64,000 nucleotides of DNA, taken from Bacteroidales bacterium (lineage in GTDB: Bacteria; Bacteroidota; Bacteroidia; Bacteroidales; UBA1715). The stretch is from assembly GCA_045600045.1 (NCBI GenBank), contig JAZRXD010000015.1, forward strand, positions 11,330-75,329. Reading direction: 5' to 3'. Every line of letters starts with the position of its first letter. The first letter of the stretch is position 1. Below, in pieces: positions 10,049-18,684 of the stretch. Under the pieces are notes generated by a model that did not search any database, was not told where the DNA came from, and saw only the letters and a program-made list of their open reading frames with translations. A program made the position numbers and the translations under genes.

Positions 10049-11392
10049 CTATTTACACATTTCTTCGAATTCCTTAACTGTTGGAATATCGTTGTGATGC
10101 CATTTATTGACTATCAAACCATTCTTTATAAGCACCAAACCCGGATTTGATCGAACAACAGTCTTTAACAAAATATCGTCGGCCGAAACAAATGGATATG
10201 CACATCCTGTTTCTTGTCCATATTTCTCAATCATATCGTCAAGACTCGACGTTGCTCCATAAAAAGCATAACCTTTTGATTTTGCCCATTCGTACACAGC
10301 ATTTATGTCGGCTTGATGTTTTTGTGTTGATTGAGTAATGTCATAATGAATTGCCATAACTACATACGATGTATCGGTAATCACGTCACACGTAACATCT
10401 TCACCATTTTTCGAGAACATATAATTATCAACCATGTATGTGTTTTCAGCAACCGAATCTTGTGGTACATCAAGTTTTTCCTCAACTACGCGAATTGGCA
10501 CATCTGGATTATATTCCCAAATTGTGTAATCTGGATAATTGTTCACAATATCGAACTCCTTATGTTCCCCGGTTTGCACATTTTTAAAATCGGCATATTG
10601 ATACGTTTTTACGTTACTTGCCACCGATATGTCGCTACATTTTTCGCCGACCATAGTTACACCAATTTTATATGGACGGAAATCAATTGGTGGCAAATGA
10701 CGAAGTGCATGAATGGAAATGCCAACAATAATCACAGTCAAAACACCAAGAATCACATACGAAATTCTATCAGCAAGCAAATCAGTGAATTTATTACGGA
10801 AAATAAACGTGAACAAAACCGGAACTAAAATCACAAGATTCTTAACGAAAGTCTGCCAATTAGTTAAAACCAACGCATCGCCGAAACAACCACAATCGTG
10901 GACAAGTTCTTTTCCCGAAATATTTTGTTGCATTGCTAAATACAACGTAATTGGCGTGAAAATTATCATAAATAGCAACGCTCCCAACGACGACCACTTT
11001 GGAAACAATTTGAACAACAAAGCCAAACCAACCAATAATTCTATCGTGCTCAAAATAATACCAAACGTCAATGCCATTGGAGCGAAAACATCGTCGATTC
11101 CCCATGCTTCGAAATAATCGATGAATTTATATTTCGAGCCCAGCGGATCGTCGGCTTTTACAAAACCGGAAAACACAAATAGTATTCCCGAAAAATAACG
11201 GCAAACATTCAACCAAATCTGTTCCGGATTAAACACTAATGCCAATCCAACAGACGCACTGAAAATCATTCCAACCAATACCCACAATTTCGTCCATGAC
11301 GCGTCTTCAAACATTCCAAAATTTGCAAACATCGTCAACGACAAAAACATTGCAATTAAACCTACAAAAAATAAAATTCTTCTTTTGTCCAT
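10049..11392 (-). CDS. MauE/DoxX-family membrane protein with a C-terminal thioredoxin-fold-like domain (BT_3928-like)
   Basis: 447 aa. The N-terminal half has about 6 TM segments and the MauE/DoxX-type motif HDCGCFGD. The soluble C-terminal half ends in a redoxin-like beta-alpha pattern (SYVVMAIHYD...PGLVLIKNGLIVNKW) with no CxxC. Confidence 0.65.
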   Translation of the reverse strand: MDKRRILFFVGLIAMFLSLTMFANFGMFEDASWTKLWVLVGMIFSASVGLALVFNPEQIWLNVCRYFSGILFVFSGFVKADDPLGSKYKFIDYFEAWGIDDVFAPMALTFGIILSTIELLVGLALLFKLFPKWSSLGALLFMIIFTPITLYLAMQQNISGKELVHDCGCFGDALVLTNWQTFVKNLVILVPVLFTFIFRNKFTDLLADRISYVILGVLTVIIVGISIHALRHLPPIDFRPYKIGVTMVGEKCSDISVASNVKTYQYADFKNVQTGEHKEFDIVNNYPDYTIWEYNPDVPIRVVEEKLDVPQDSVAENTYMVDNYMFSKNGEDVTCDVITDTSYVVMAIHYDITQSTQKHQADINAVYEWAKSKGYAFYGATSSLDDMIEKYGQETGCAYPFVSADDILLKTVVRSNPGLVLIKNGLIVNKWHHNDIPTVKEFEEMCK

Positions 11393-11393
11393 C

Positions 11394-11960
11394 TTATTTT
11401 TCTATTACTAAACGTATTAATGCAAAAATTGAATAGTTAATCATATCCTGATAATTAGCATCAACGCCTTCGGAAATTTGCGTGATTCCTTTATTATCTT
11501 CGATTTGTTTTGTTCTATGGATTTTTTGCAAGATCACGTCGGTGAACGAACTCACACGCATGCTTCGCCAAGCTTCGCCGTAATCGTGATTTTTATTTGT
11601 CATCAATTCTTTAGTAGTATCGTAATATTTGTTGTACAACGACATTACCATTTCCTTAGGCAATTCAATCGGAGCTTCAGTGCCCTTCAATTCCAATTGA
11701 ATTAAGGCCATAATTCCATAGTTGACGATTGCAATAAATTCAGGTACTATACCTTCGTTAACTTTGGAAAAACCTTTTTCTTCTATACTGCGAATACGAT
11801 TGGCTTTAATAAAAATTTGATCGGTTAACGATTCCGGACGCATTATACGCCACGCAGTCCCGTAATCATCGTATTTCTTCTCAAAGATATCCAAACATAT
11901 CTTCTTTACCGCATCAAATTCCTCATTTGTATTACTCATTCCACACGAATTATTGCACAA
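11394..11960 (-). CDS. DUF1599-like protein (internally duplicated helical domain)
   Basis: 188 aa. Two homologous halves: YGTAWRIMRPESLTDQIFIKANRIRSIEE...NYGIMALIQL and YGEAWRSMRVSSFTDVILQKIHRTKQIED...NYSIFALIRL. I recall the DUF1599-DoxX-tpiA neighbourhood as recurrent in Bacteroidota. Confidence 0.65.
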   Translation of the reverse strand: MCNNSCGMSNTNEEFDAVKKICLDIFEKKYDDYGTAWRIMRPESLTDQIFIKANRIRSIEEKGFSKVNEGIVPEFIAIVNYGIMALIQLELKGTEAPIELPKEMVMSLYNKYYDTTKELMTNKNHDYGEAWRSMRVSSFTDVILQKIHRTKQIEDNKGITQISEGVDANYQDMINYSIFALIRLVIEK

Positions 11961-12015
11961 AGATAATAGAATAATTGAAATGATTAAAGCCTAAGCAACC
12001 CACAATTTTGTATAT

Positions 12016-13857
12016 TTGAATATGAAGTCTCAGGAAACGGAACGATTGCAAAACATTAAGGCACAATTGGCGAATTTGCCAACAAATCCTGGTGTGTATC
12101 AATACTTTGACAAAAACGGAAACCTCATCTATGTAGGCAAGGCAAAAAACTTGAAACGACGCGTTTCCTCATATTTCAACAAGGAACAAACGCATCCAAA
12201 AACAAAAATACTTGTCAGTAAAATTGTCACAATAAAACATTTTATCGTCGAAAGTGAACAAGATGCTCTTCTACTAGAAAATAATCTCATAAAAAAATAT
12301 AAACCTCGTTATAATGTTTTGCTAAAAGACGACAAAACATACCCGTGGATTGTTATTAAAAACGAACCTTTCCCGCGTATTTTTCTCACTAGGCATTTAG
12401 TAAAAAACGGCTCTCAATATTTTGGTCCATACGCAAATGTGAAAATGGCGAAAAATCTGCTTTCTATGATTAAACAACTTTACAAGCCACGCACCTGTAA
12501 CTTAGGACTCAACATTTTAGACATTCAAAAAGGAAAATTCAACGTCTGCCTAGAATACCACATAAAAAACTGCAATGCTCCTTGTGTCGCAAAACAATCA
12601 CAAACGGAATATGAAAACGCAATTGCGGAAATGCGTGACATTTTGAAAGGTAACATCGGAGAAGTAATCAAAATCCTGAAAAACAGAATGATAAAGTATG
12701 CGTCGGAAATGAAATACGAACAAGCAGGCGAAGTTAAAGAACAACTTGACGAACTCACACGCTATCAAAGTCATTCAACTGTAGTAAACCCGAGCATTAC
12801 CAACGTTGATGTTTATTCCGTTCTTGACGATGGAGATTCCGCATACGTCAACTTTCTAAAAGTTGTGAATGGGGCAATTGTACAACTTCATACATTGGAA
12901 ATAAAAAAACAATTGGATGAAACTCCCGAAGAACTTTTAGGAATTGCAATGGCAGACATTCGCCAAAACATTCCAAGTACTGCAAAGGAAATAATCGTAC
13001 CTTTTTTACCCGATTTTGAATTTACCGACATCACATTCCATATTCCACAACGTGGAGAAAAATTAAATTTACTGAAACTGTCGGAACAAAATGCACATCT
13101 TTACAAAGTTGAAAAGTTAAAACAATTAAAGCAACTTGATCCCGAACGCCACAACATGAAACTATTAGAGTCATTACAAAAAGCTCTTCAATTAACAGAA
13201 CTGCCGCAAAACATTGAATGCTTCGACAACAGCAACATACAAGGAGCCTACCCCGTTGCCGCAATGGTGCGTTTTACGGATGGGAAGCCAAACAAATCAG
13301 AATATCGCAAATTCAATATTAAAACCGTACAAGGACCTGACGACTATGCGAGCATGGCTGAAGTTATTTTCCGTAGATACAAACAATTATCAGAAGACGA
13401 ACAGGAATTACCTCAATTACTTATAGTTGATGGCGGAGAAGGACAAATGGAAATAGCAAGGCAAGTTATTCAAGATCAATTACATCTTGACATTCCTATC
13501 GCTGGTCTTGCAAAAGACAAAAAACACCGTACACACGAAATACTTTTTGGATTTCCACCTAAAGTTGTGGGAATAAAACCAAACGATCCTGTTTTTCACC
13601 TTATGGAACGAATACAAGACGAAGTCCACCGATTTGCTATAACATTCCACCGCAACCAACGTTCCCGAAATTTCACGACCTCGGAATTGGACAACATTCC
13701 AGGAATAGGTCCGAAAACTATTGAACTTTTATTCAAAAATTTCAAAACCGTTGCCGCAATAAAATCTGCATCAGAAAACGAACTAATCGAAAGAATAGGA
13801 AAAGAAAAAGCTCGAAAAATCAAAGATTATTTCGAGCTTTTGAAAAATAAACTATGA
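12016..13857 (+). CDS. uvrC: Excinuclease ABC subunit C
   Basis: 613 aa. GIY-YIG module (PGVYQYFDKNGNLIYVGKAKNLKRRVSSYF), UVR motif and C-terminal HhH (IPGIGPKTIELLFKNF). The track start is TTG at 12016; ATG at 12022 is more likely. Confidence 0.96.
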   Translation: MNMKSQETERLQNIKAQLANLPTNPGVYQYFDKNGNLIYVGKAKNLKRRVSSYFNKEQTHPKTKILVSKIVTIKHFIVESEQDALLLENNLIKKYKPRYNVLLKDDKTYPWIVIKNEPFPRIFLTRHLVKNGSQYFGPYANVKMAKNLLSMIKQLYKPRTCNLGLNILDIQKGKFNVCLEYHIKNCNAPCVAKQSQTEYENAIAEMRDILKGNIGEVIKILKNRMIKYASEMKYEQAGEVKEQLDELTRYQSHSTVVNPSITNVDVYSVLDDGDSAYVNFLKVVNGAIVQLHTLEIKKQLDETPEELLGIAMADIRQNIPSTAKEIIVPFLPDFEFTDITFHIPQRGEKLNLLKLSEQNAHLYKVEKLKQLKQLDPERHNMKLLESLQKALQLTELPQNIECFDNSNIQGAYPVAAMVRFTDGKPNKSEYRKFNIKTVQGPDDYASMAEVIFRRYKQLSEDEQELPQLLIVDGGEGQMEIARQVIQDQLHLDIPIAGLAKDKKHRTHEILFGFPPKVVGIKPNDPVFHLMERIQDEVHRFAITFHRNQRSRNFTTSELDNIPGIGPKTIELLFKNFKTVAAIKSASENELIERIGKEKARKIKDYFELLKNKL

Positions 13858-13864
13858 AGATTTT

Positions 13865-14344
13865 TTACTTTGGTATTACCGAGTAACTGATTTTCAAAGC
13901 GTTTGCTTTACGTAACTCTTGCTTTACATCGGTAACTATACCCATTTTAGCCTTTGAATCTACCTTCAACGAAACCGTCATTTGAGAACGATCATTTGCA
14001 GGCATTGATTCTTTTTCCAATTCAACGAATTTTGCAATTTTTGAAACATCTTCAATTGCTTCATTTAATTGGATAACAGGTTGTGTACCATAGATTTTCT
14101 GCAATTGCATTGAAGGAGCAGAAATATAAATGTTACTAACCAATGATTTCTTCTCTAATTTCACAAACTCTGTTGCTTTTGGCAAATGAGGTTTCTTTAC
14201 CAACAATGTACTTTCACGCATTGTTGTTGACACCATGAAGAAAAATATCAACATGAAAATAATATCAGGCAAAGACTGTGTAGAAATTGCAGGAGGAGTT
14301 TTTTTCTCTTTACTTCTAAATTGTGCCATACTATTTTCCTCCAA
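13865..14344 (-). CDS. exbD: Biopolymer transport protein ExbD/TolR
   Basis: 159 aa. Single N-terminal TM with the ExbD pattern LPDIIFMLIFFFMVSTTM. Overlaps the upstream exbD paralog by 14 nt. Confidence 0.85.
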   Translation of the reverse strand: MEENSMAQFRSKEKKTPPAISTQSLPDIIFMLIFFFMVSTTMRESTLLVKKPHLPKATEFVKLEKKSLVSNIYISAPSMQLQKIYGTQPVIQLNEAIEDVSKIAKFVELEKESMPANDRSQMTVSLKVDSKAKMGIVTDVKQELRKANALKISYSVIPK

Positions 14345-14915
14345 TATTTTTAGGTTCAGCTTCAGAAATCTTCTGAGGTATTATTTGCTTAATAATATCC
14401 TGTTGATTTTCTTTCAAATCATTGAATGATTTTCTGAAATATTTCAATGCATAATAATCTTTCACCTCGTTATAAGCGGCAATGATTTCATTTTGCACTT
14501 CAATATATTTAGAATAAGATGTAGCGCGGTCATTTTGAATACTTACAATCGCTTTTGTAACTTTAACAGTTCCAATACCAGGAATGTTTTCTTCTGTATA
14601 ACCAGGATATTGCTTGTCTTCCGAATTGTTGTTCATGTTCAACAAGAAATCTTTGCAAGCTTTTCGCAAATCACGAGAGTGCATTGGTTTTTTCTCAACC
14701 ATCAATTTATCGTCCTTGTTTACAAGAACTACGAACAAGTTTTTATCCAAAACCTTGATATCTTCTTGTTGTTCCGTAGGATCCTGAAATGGAGGCAACA
14801 TACGGAATAATCCTTTGTCTGTGTCCATTGTCGTTGCTACCAAGAAGAATATCAAAAGCATGAACGAAATGTCCGCCATTGATGAAGAGTTAATCTCTGG
14901 AACTTTTTTTCCCAT
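14331..14915 (-). CDS. exbD: Biopolymer transport protein ExbD/TolR (longer paralog)
   Basis: 194 aa. SSMADISFMLLIFFLVATTMDTDKG matches the ExbD N-terminal TM signature. Confidence 0.85.
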   Translation of the reverse strand: MGKKVPEINSSSMADISFMLLIFFLVATTMDTDKGLFRMLPPFQDPTEQQEDIKVLDKNLFVVLVNKDDKLMVEKKPMHSRDLRKACKDFLLNMNNNSEDKQYPGYTEENIPGIGTVKVTKAIVSIQNDRATSYSKYIEVQNEIIAAYNEVKDYYALKYFRKSFNDLKENQQDIIKQIIPQKISEAEPKNIGGK

Positions 14916-14934
14916 ATTCTTGATAAAAGTTAAA

Positions 14935-14956
14935 GTAGGGAACTTTCATTCCCTAC
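14935..14956 (-). other. Intercistronic perfect 8-bp hairpin inside the exbB-exbD cluster
   Basis: GTAGGGAA (14935-14942) pairs with TTCCCTAC (14949-14956) across a 6-nt loop, in the 49-nt gap between the Cys-rich membrane gene and exbD. On the minus strand it is followed by TTTAACTTTTAT, a weak U-tract. Confidence 0.4.
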
Positions 14957-14964
14957 TCGTTATC

Positions 14965-15558
14965 TTACTTTCTTAAATACTTAATTACAAAAGATGACAA
15001 AATTGCAACAACTGAACCTCCAAGCAAGATGTAAGTTGCATACAACAATGTATCAGTCAATTTAACATCAAATAATGTTATAACACCATCGTATCCTAAA
15101 ATCTCAGGAATCACATCCGAAGAACATAAGAAACCAATGATTACAACTACAGCCACAAATATCAATGTTACCAATGTTGTCTTTGACAATTTCTTTCCAT
15201 TTGTAAATGAAGAGTAGAACAACATTGCAAACATGAATACAACTGCAAGAATAATCAACACGAATGCGAATACCAAATATGCATCGGCATAAGTGATACA
15301 TTCTTGACTACATTCGGTAATGTCAATTCCTTGTGCATGTTCCTTTACCAAGATTTCATCATAAGAAAGGGCACAAGAGTCGGCAGGCAACATATATGAT
15401 TCGCCTTCTGGACCTACGCCTTCGCATACAGACAACGTACATGCCAAGCAGTCCTTGCCTGAAGCCGCAGCCCAATACCACACTGTTGCCAACAAAGAGA
15501 TGACAAGCAATGCTACATATCCGACTTTAAATGTTTTATTAAATTTTTGATTATCCAT
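14965..15558 (-). CDS. Hypothetical 4-TM membrane protein with a Cys-rich extracytoplasmic loop, embedded between exbB and exbD
   Basis: 197 aa. Four hydrophobic segments. The loop after TM1 carries 6 Cys (GKDCLACTLSVCEGVG...ADSCALS...ITECSQECITY). It starts 5 nt after the exbB stop. I recognise no family. Confidence 0.6.
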   Translation of the reverse strand: MDNQKFNKTFKVGYVALLVISLLATVWYWAAASGKDCLACTLSVCEGVGPEGESYMLPADSCALSYDEILVKEHAQGIDITECSQECITYADAYLVFAFVLIILAVVFMFAMLFYSSFTNGKKLSKTTLVTLIFVAVVVIIGFLCSSDVIPEILGYDGVITLFDVKLTDTLLYATYILLGGSVVAILSSFVIKYLRK

Positions 15559-15563
15559 CAGAA

Positions 15564-16391
15564 TTATTTTTTAGCATTATACTTAACTACCATATCAATC
15601 AAAGAGATTGAAGAATCTTCCATATCTGTTGTTAAGTCATCAACCTTTGACAACAAGTAATTGTAGAATACTTGCAAAATCATTGCTACGATCAAACCAC
15701 CAACTGTAGTCAACAATGCAACCTTGATACCACCAGCAACAACTGTTGGAGACATTTCACCTGCAACTGCGATATCATCGAATGCCTGAATCATACCAAC
15801 AACTGTTCCCAAGAATCCTAGAGAAGGTGCAAGACCGATACACAATGAAATCCAAGTCAAACCTTTTTCCAAAAGACCCATTTGAACACTTCCGTAAGAA
15901 GCAACTGTCTTTTCAACCATTTCTGGTCCGTCAGAAAGACGAGTCAAACCTTGATAGAAAATACTTGCTACAGGACCTGGTGTATTACGGCAGATTTCCT
16001 TTGCTGCTTCTTCATCGCCCTTGTCAAGTGCAGCTTCTATATTTTCCAACAACTTCTTTGTGTTTGTTGTAGCTAAATTCAAATAAAGAATTCTTTCAAT
16101 AGAAATTGCAACACCCAAAATCAAGCAAATCAATACCAATGCCATGAAACCAGCACCACCTTCGATAAATTTTTCTTTAATAACTTGGTGGAAACCTTTT
16201 TCTTCTGGAGTGAAAACCTCTTCAGTTGCAGTTTCTTCTTGTGCCACAGCTGCTGGAGCTTGAGCTGAATCACCTTGAGCAACAGCTTCTGTTTGTGCTG
16301 TTGTGTCATTGTTTACAGCGACGTCTTCTTGAGAGAATGATGTTAGGCTGAACAATCCTAATGCCATCACTAATGCAAATACTTTCTTCAT
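15564..16391 (-). CDS. exbB: MotA/TolQ/ExbB proton-channel family protein
   Basis: 275 aa. The C-terminal half (LAPSLGFLGTVVGMIQAFDDIA...GGIKVALLTTVGGLIVAM) is the conserved ExbB/TolQ channel core. The N-terminus has a signal peptide plus an acidic, Ala-rich linker. Confidence 0.9.
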   Translation of the reverse strand: MKKVFALVMALGLFSLTSFSQEDVAVNNDTTAQTEAVAQGDSAQAPAAVAQEETATEEVFTPEEKGFHQVIKEKFIEGGAGFMALVLICLILGVAISIERILYLNLATTNTKKLLENIEAALDKGDEEAAKEICRNTPGPVASIFYQGLTRLSDGPEMVEKTVASYGSVQMGLLEKGLTWISLCIGLAPSLGFLGTVVGMIQAFDDIAVAGEMSPTVVAGGIKVALLTTVGGLIVAMILQVFYNYLLSKVDDLTTDMEDSSISLIDMVVKYNAKK

Positions 16392-16499
16392 AATTTTAAT
16401 TTATTAATACTATCTTTTTTATTTATACTTTATAATTATTTCTTTTTCAATGTGAAAAGACACGGACTCTAACCCAAATGCCTTCACTTTTTATTGTGC

Positions 16500-16507
16500 C
16501 AAATATA
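16500..16507 (-). promoter_or_regulatory. Candidate -7 promoter box (TATATTTG) for the exbB cluster
   Basis: The reverse complement is TATATTTG. It lies just downstream of the PorE-like gene's terminator and about 109 nt upstream of the exbB ATG, which implies a long leader. Confidence 0.35.
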
Positions 16508-16539
16508 CGTATTTTTTTTATTTGGCATTATAAATGGTA

Positions 16540-16573
16540 CAAAAAAAGAGATGCAGGAAAAACCCGCATCTCT
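16540..16573 (-). terminator. Rho-independent terminator after the PorE-like gene
   Basis: Arms AGAGATGC (16547-16554) and GCATCTCT (16566-16573), followed on the minus strand by TTTTTTTG. Located 18 nt downstream of the stop at 16591. Confidence 0.7.
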
Positions 16574-16590
16574 TTATCTATTTGAGTATT

Positions 16591-18660
16591 TTATTCGTTG
16601 CTAATAATTTTGAATTCTACACGACGGTTTTGTGCTCTTCCTTCTGGAGTGTCATTGGTTGCAATTGGATCATCCATTCCATAGCCTTTGAACGACAAAC
16701 GATCTTTTGCAATATTCTTTGACAATAAATAATTGACAACTGCTTCAGCACGAGATTGAGACAACTTTTGGTTGTATGCTTTTGCACCAACATTATCTGT
16801 ATGTCCACCTATCTCAATCTTCATTTTTGGATTGCTGTTCAATATTTCAACCAATTTATCCAACTCATTGAATGACATCGTTTTCAAAGTTGATTTGTCA
16901 GTATCGAAGAATACATTACGTAAAACGATTTTTGAATCTTTTGCCACTGGCATCAGCTTAATGTCAAGGAATATTTCTTGATAATCAGTCGTTTGCGGCA
17001 CGTCAAAATTTTCAGAATGGAATAGATAGCCATCTTTCTTAACTGCAATACCATAGTTCTTTCCTGATGGCAGAGGAATCAAGAATTTACCAGTTGAAGC
17101 ATTCGCGTTGTTTGTGAACAAAACTTGTCCTGTTGCGTTATCGGTAATTTCAATTTGAGCATCAAGAAATTTTTGTGGATTTTCAAATGCGTCGTAAACA
17201 ATACCCTTAACAACTGTCAAACGTGATGTTTTAATTTCAACAGATTTCTCCATCACAACATCTTGTTGGATTGGATTTGCAACTGCAGCAATCAAATTGT
17301 TTTCGGTAGTGATATTCAGTTTCTTTTCCGGACCAAGGAAAGTAATCATATAAATATCCAAGCCACCAAAACCACCACTACGTTCCGAAGAATAATATGC
17401 GTGTGTTCCACTCGCATCAACAACCAAGAAATTTTCATCTCCCGGAGTGTTGATTGGATATCCAATATTCACTGGCTCCGACCACGTGCCGTCATCTTGC
17501 AAAACGGTATAAAAAATATCATATCCACCCATAGTAGAATGACCATTCGAAGCAAAATACAATGTTCTACCATCTGGATGCATATAAACTCCGATTTCAT
17601 CTTTATCGGTATTAATTATAGCACCTAGATTTTCTGGTTTACCCCATTTCCCTTTTTCATTCAACTTGCACATGAAAATATCGTGCTCTCCATAATTTGG
17701 AGCCTTCTGATTATCTGTACTTGAGAAGTAAACTGTTTTTCCATCGTATGAAAAACAAGCAGAATTTTCGTGTCCATTTGAAGTGTTGATTGCATCAAAA
17801 AACTCAGGTTTTGACCATGTTTCACCTTTTTTCTCGGAATATTTAATATCACCTCCCGATTTACCATAAAACAAAAACAATTTCTGACCATCAGCAGACA
17901 AGCCAATAGTTGCATCATTCTCTTTCGTGTTCAACGGCGCACCCATGTCAGCTGCAGCCGACCACGAACTTCCCGTACGATAGGATACCCAAAGGTTCTC
18001 GTCGTATTCTCCATCATCGTATGCTTTTTTGTTATATTTATTTTCACGAGTTGATGTAAAAATCAACATTGATTGATCGGCAGAAATTATCGGAGCATAA
18101 TCAGTATATTTTGAGTTAATTGAACTACCCATATTATCAATGAATACACGAACGGAATCCGCCATCAATTTTTTCCCAGTATTACATTGTTCAATACGTT
18201 TGGCAAATTCGTCACCGTTTGCTTTTTTCTCTTCTGGAGTCAAACGAGCTCGAGCTTTCTGGAAAGCACTGATAGCCTCGTCAAATTTATATGTTGCTTG
18301 ATACGATTCACCTAACACTGCATACGCATGACCTTCTCCTACAGGATCAAGTTCTACAGCCTTTGAGAAATAAGGAATCGCAGCTTTTGGATTCTTCAAC
18401 ATCCAGTAACATTTTCCTACTTTGTAATTCAAATTCGCATTGCTCGGATTGAAAGCTTGAGCCTTTAAATAACTATCCAAAGCAGTTTTGTAATCACCGA
18501 TTTCAGTATAGGCATCGCCATTATCAATATCTTTCAATGCAGTTTTCAAACCTTTTGTGTCTGGACAATCCTTCTTGGTAAATTCCTTGTTTTGTCCAAA
18601 AGCCAGATTGGCAGCTAAAAGCAATACCAAAACTTGTATATATTTCATTTTACTATTCAT
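16591..18660 (-). CDS. PorE-like T9SS-associated protein: TPR + TolB-like beta-propeller + CarboxypepD_reg-like + OmpA_C
   Basis: 689 aa. Signal peptide; TPR region (YKTALDSYLKAQAFNPSNANLNYKVGKCYW...). Repeated TolB/WD40-like units (..YAPIISADQSMLIFTS.., ..GLSADGQKLFLFY.., ..ACFSYDGKTVYFSS.., ..VYMHPDGRTLYFAS..). A beta-sandwich segment (VKGIVYDAF...) and a canonical OmpA_C domain (GHTDNVGAKAYNQKLSQSRAEAVVNYL...NRRVEF). This domain order is the one described for P. gingivalis PorE (PG1058). Confidence 0.75.
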   Translation of the reverse strand: MNSKMKYIQVLVLLLAANLAFGQNKEFTKKDCPDTKGLKTALKDIDNGDAYTEIGDYKTALDSYLKAQAFNPSNANLNYKVGKCYWMLKNPKAAIPYFSKAVELDPVGEGHAYAVLGESYQATYKFDEAISAFQKARARLTPEEKKANGDEFAKRIEQCNTGKKLMADSVRVFIDNMGSSINSKYTDYAPIISADQSMLIFTSTRENKYNKKAYDDGEYDENLWVSYRTGSSWSAAADMGAPLNTKENDATIGLSADGQKLFLFYGKSGGDIKYSEKKGETWSKPEFFDAINTSNGHENSACFSYDGKTVYFSSTDNQKAPNYGEHDIFMCKLNEKGKWGKPENLGAIINTDKDEIGVYMHPDGRTLYFASNGHSTMGGYDIFYTVLQDDGTWSEPVNIGYPINTPGDENFLVVDASGTHAYYSSERSGGFGGLDIYMITFLGPEKKLNITTENNLIAAVANPIQQDVVMEKSVEIKTSRLTVVKGIVYDAFENPQKFLDAQIEITDNATGQVLFTNNANASTGKFLIPLPSGKNYGIAVKKDGYLFHSENFDVPQTTDYQEIFLDIKLMPVAKDSKIVLRNVFFDTDKSTLKTMSFNELDKLVEILNSNPKMKIEIGGHTDNVGAKAYNQKLSQSRAEAVVNYLLSKNIAKDRLSFKGYGMDDPIATNDTPEGRAQNRRVEFKIISNE

Positions 18661-18684
18661 ATTCTGACAATTCTAAATTAGACA

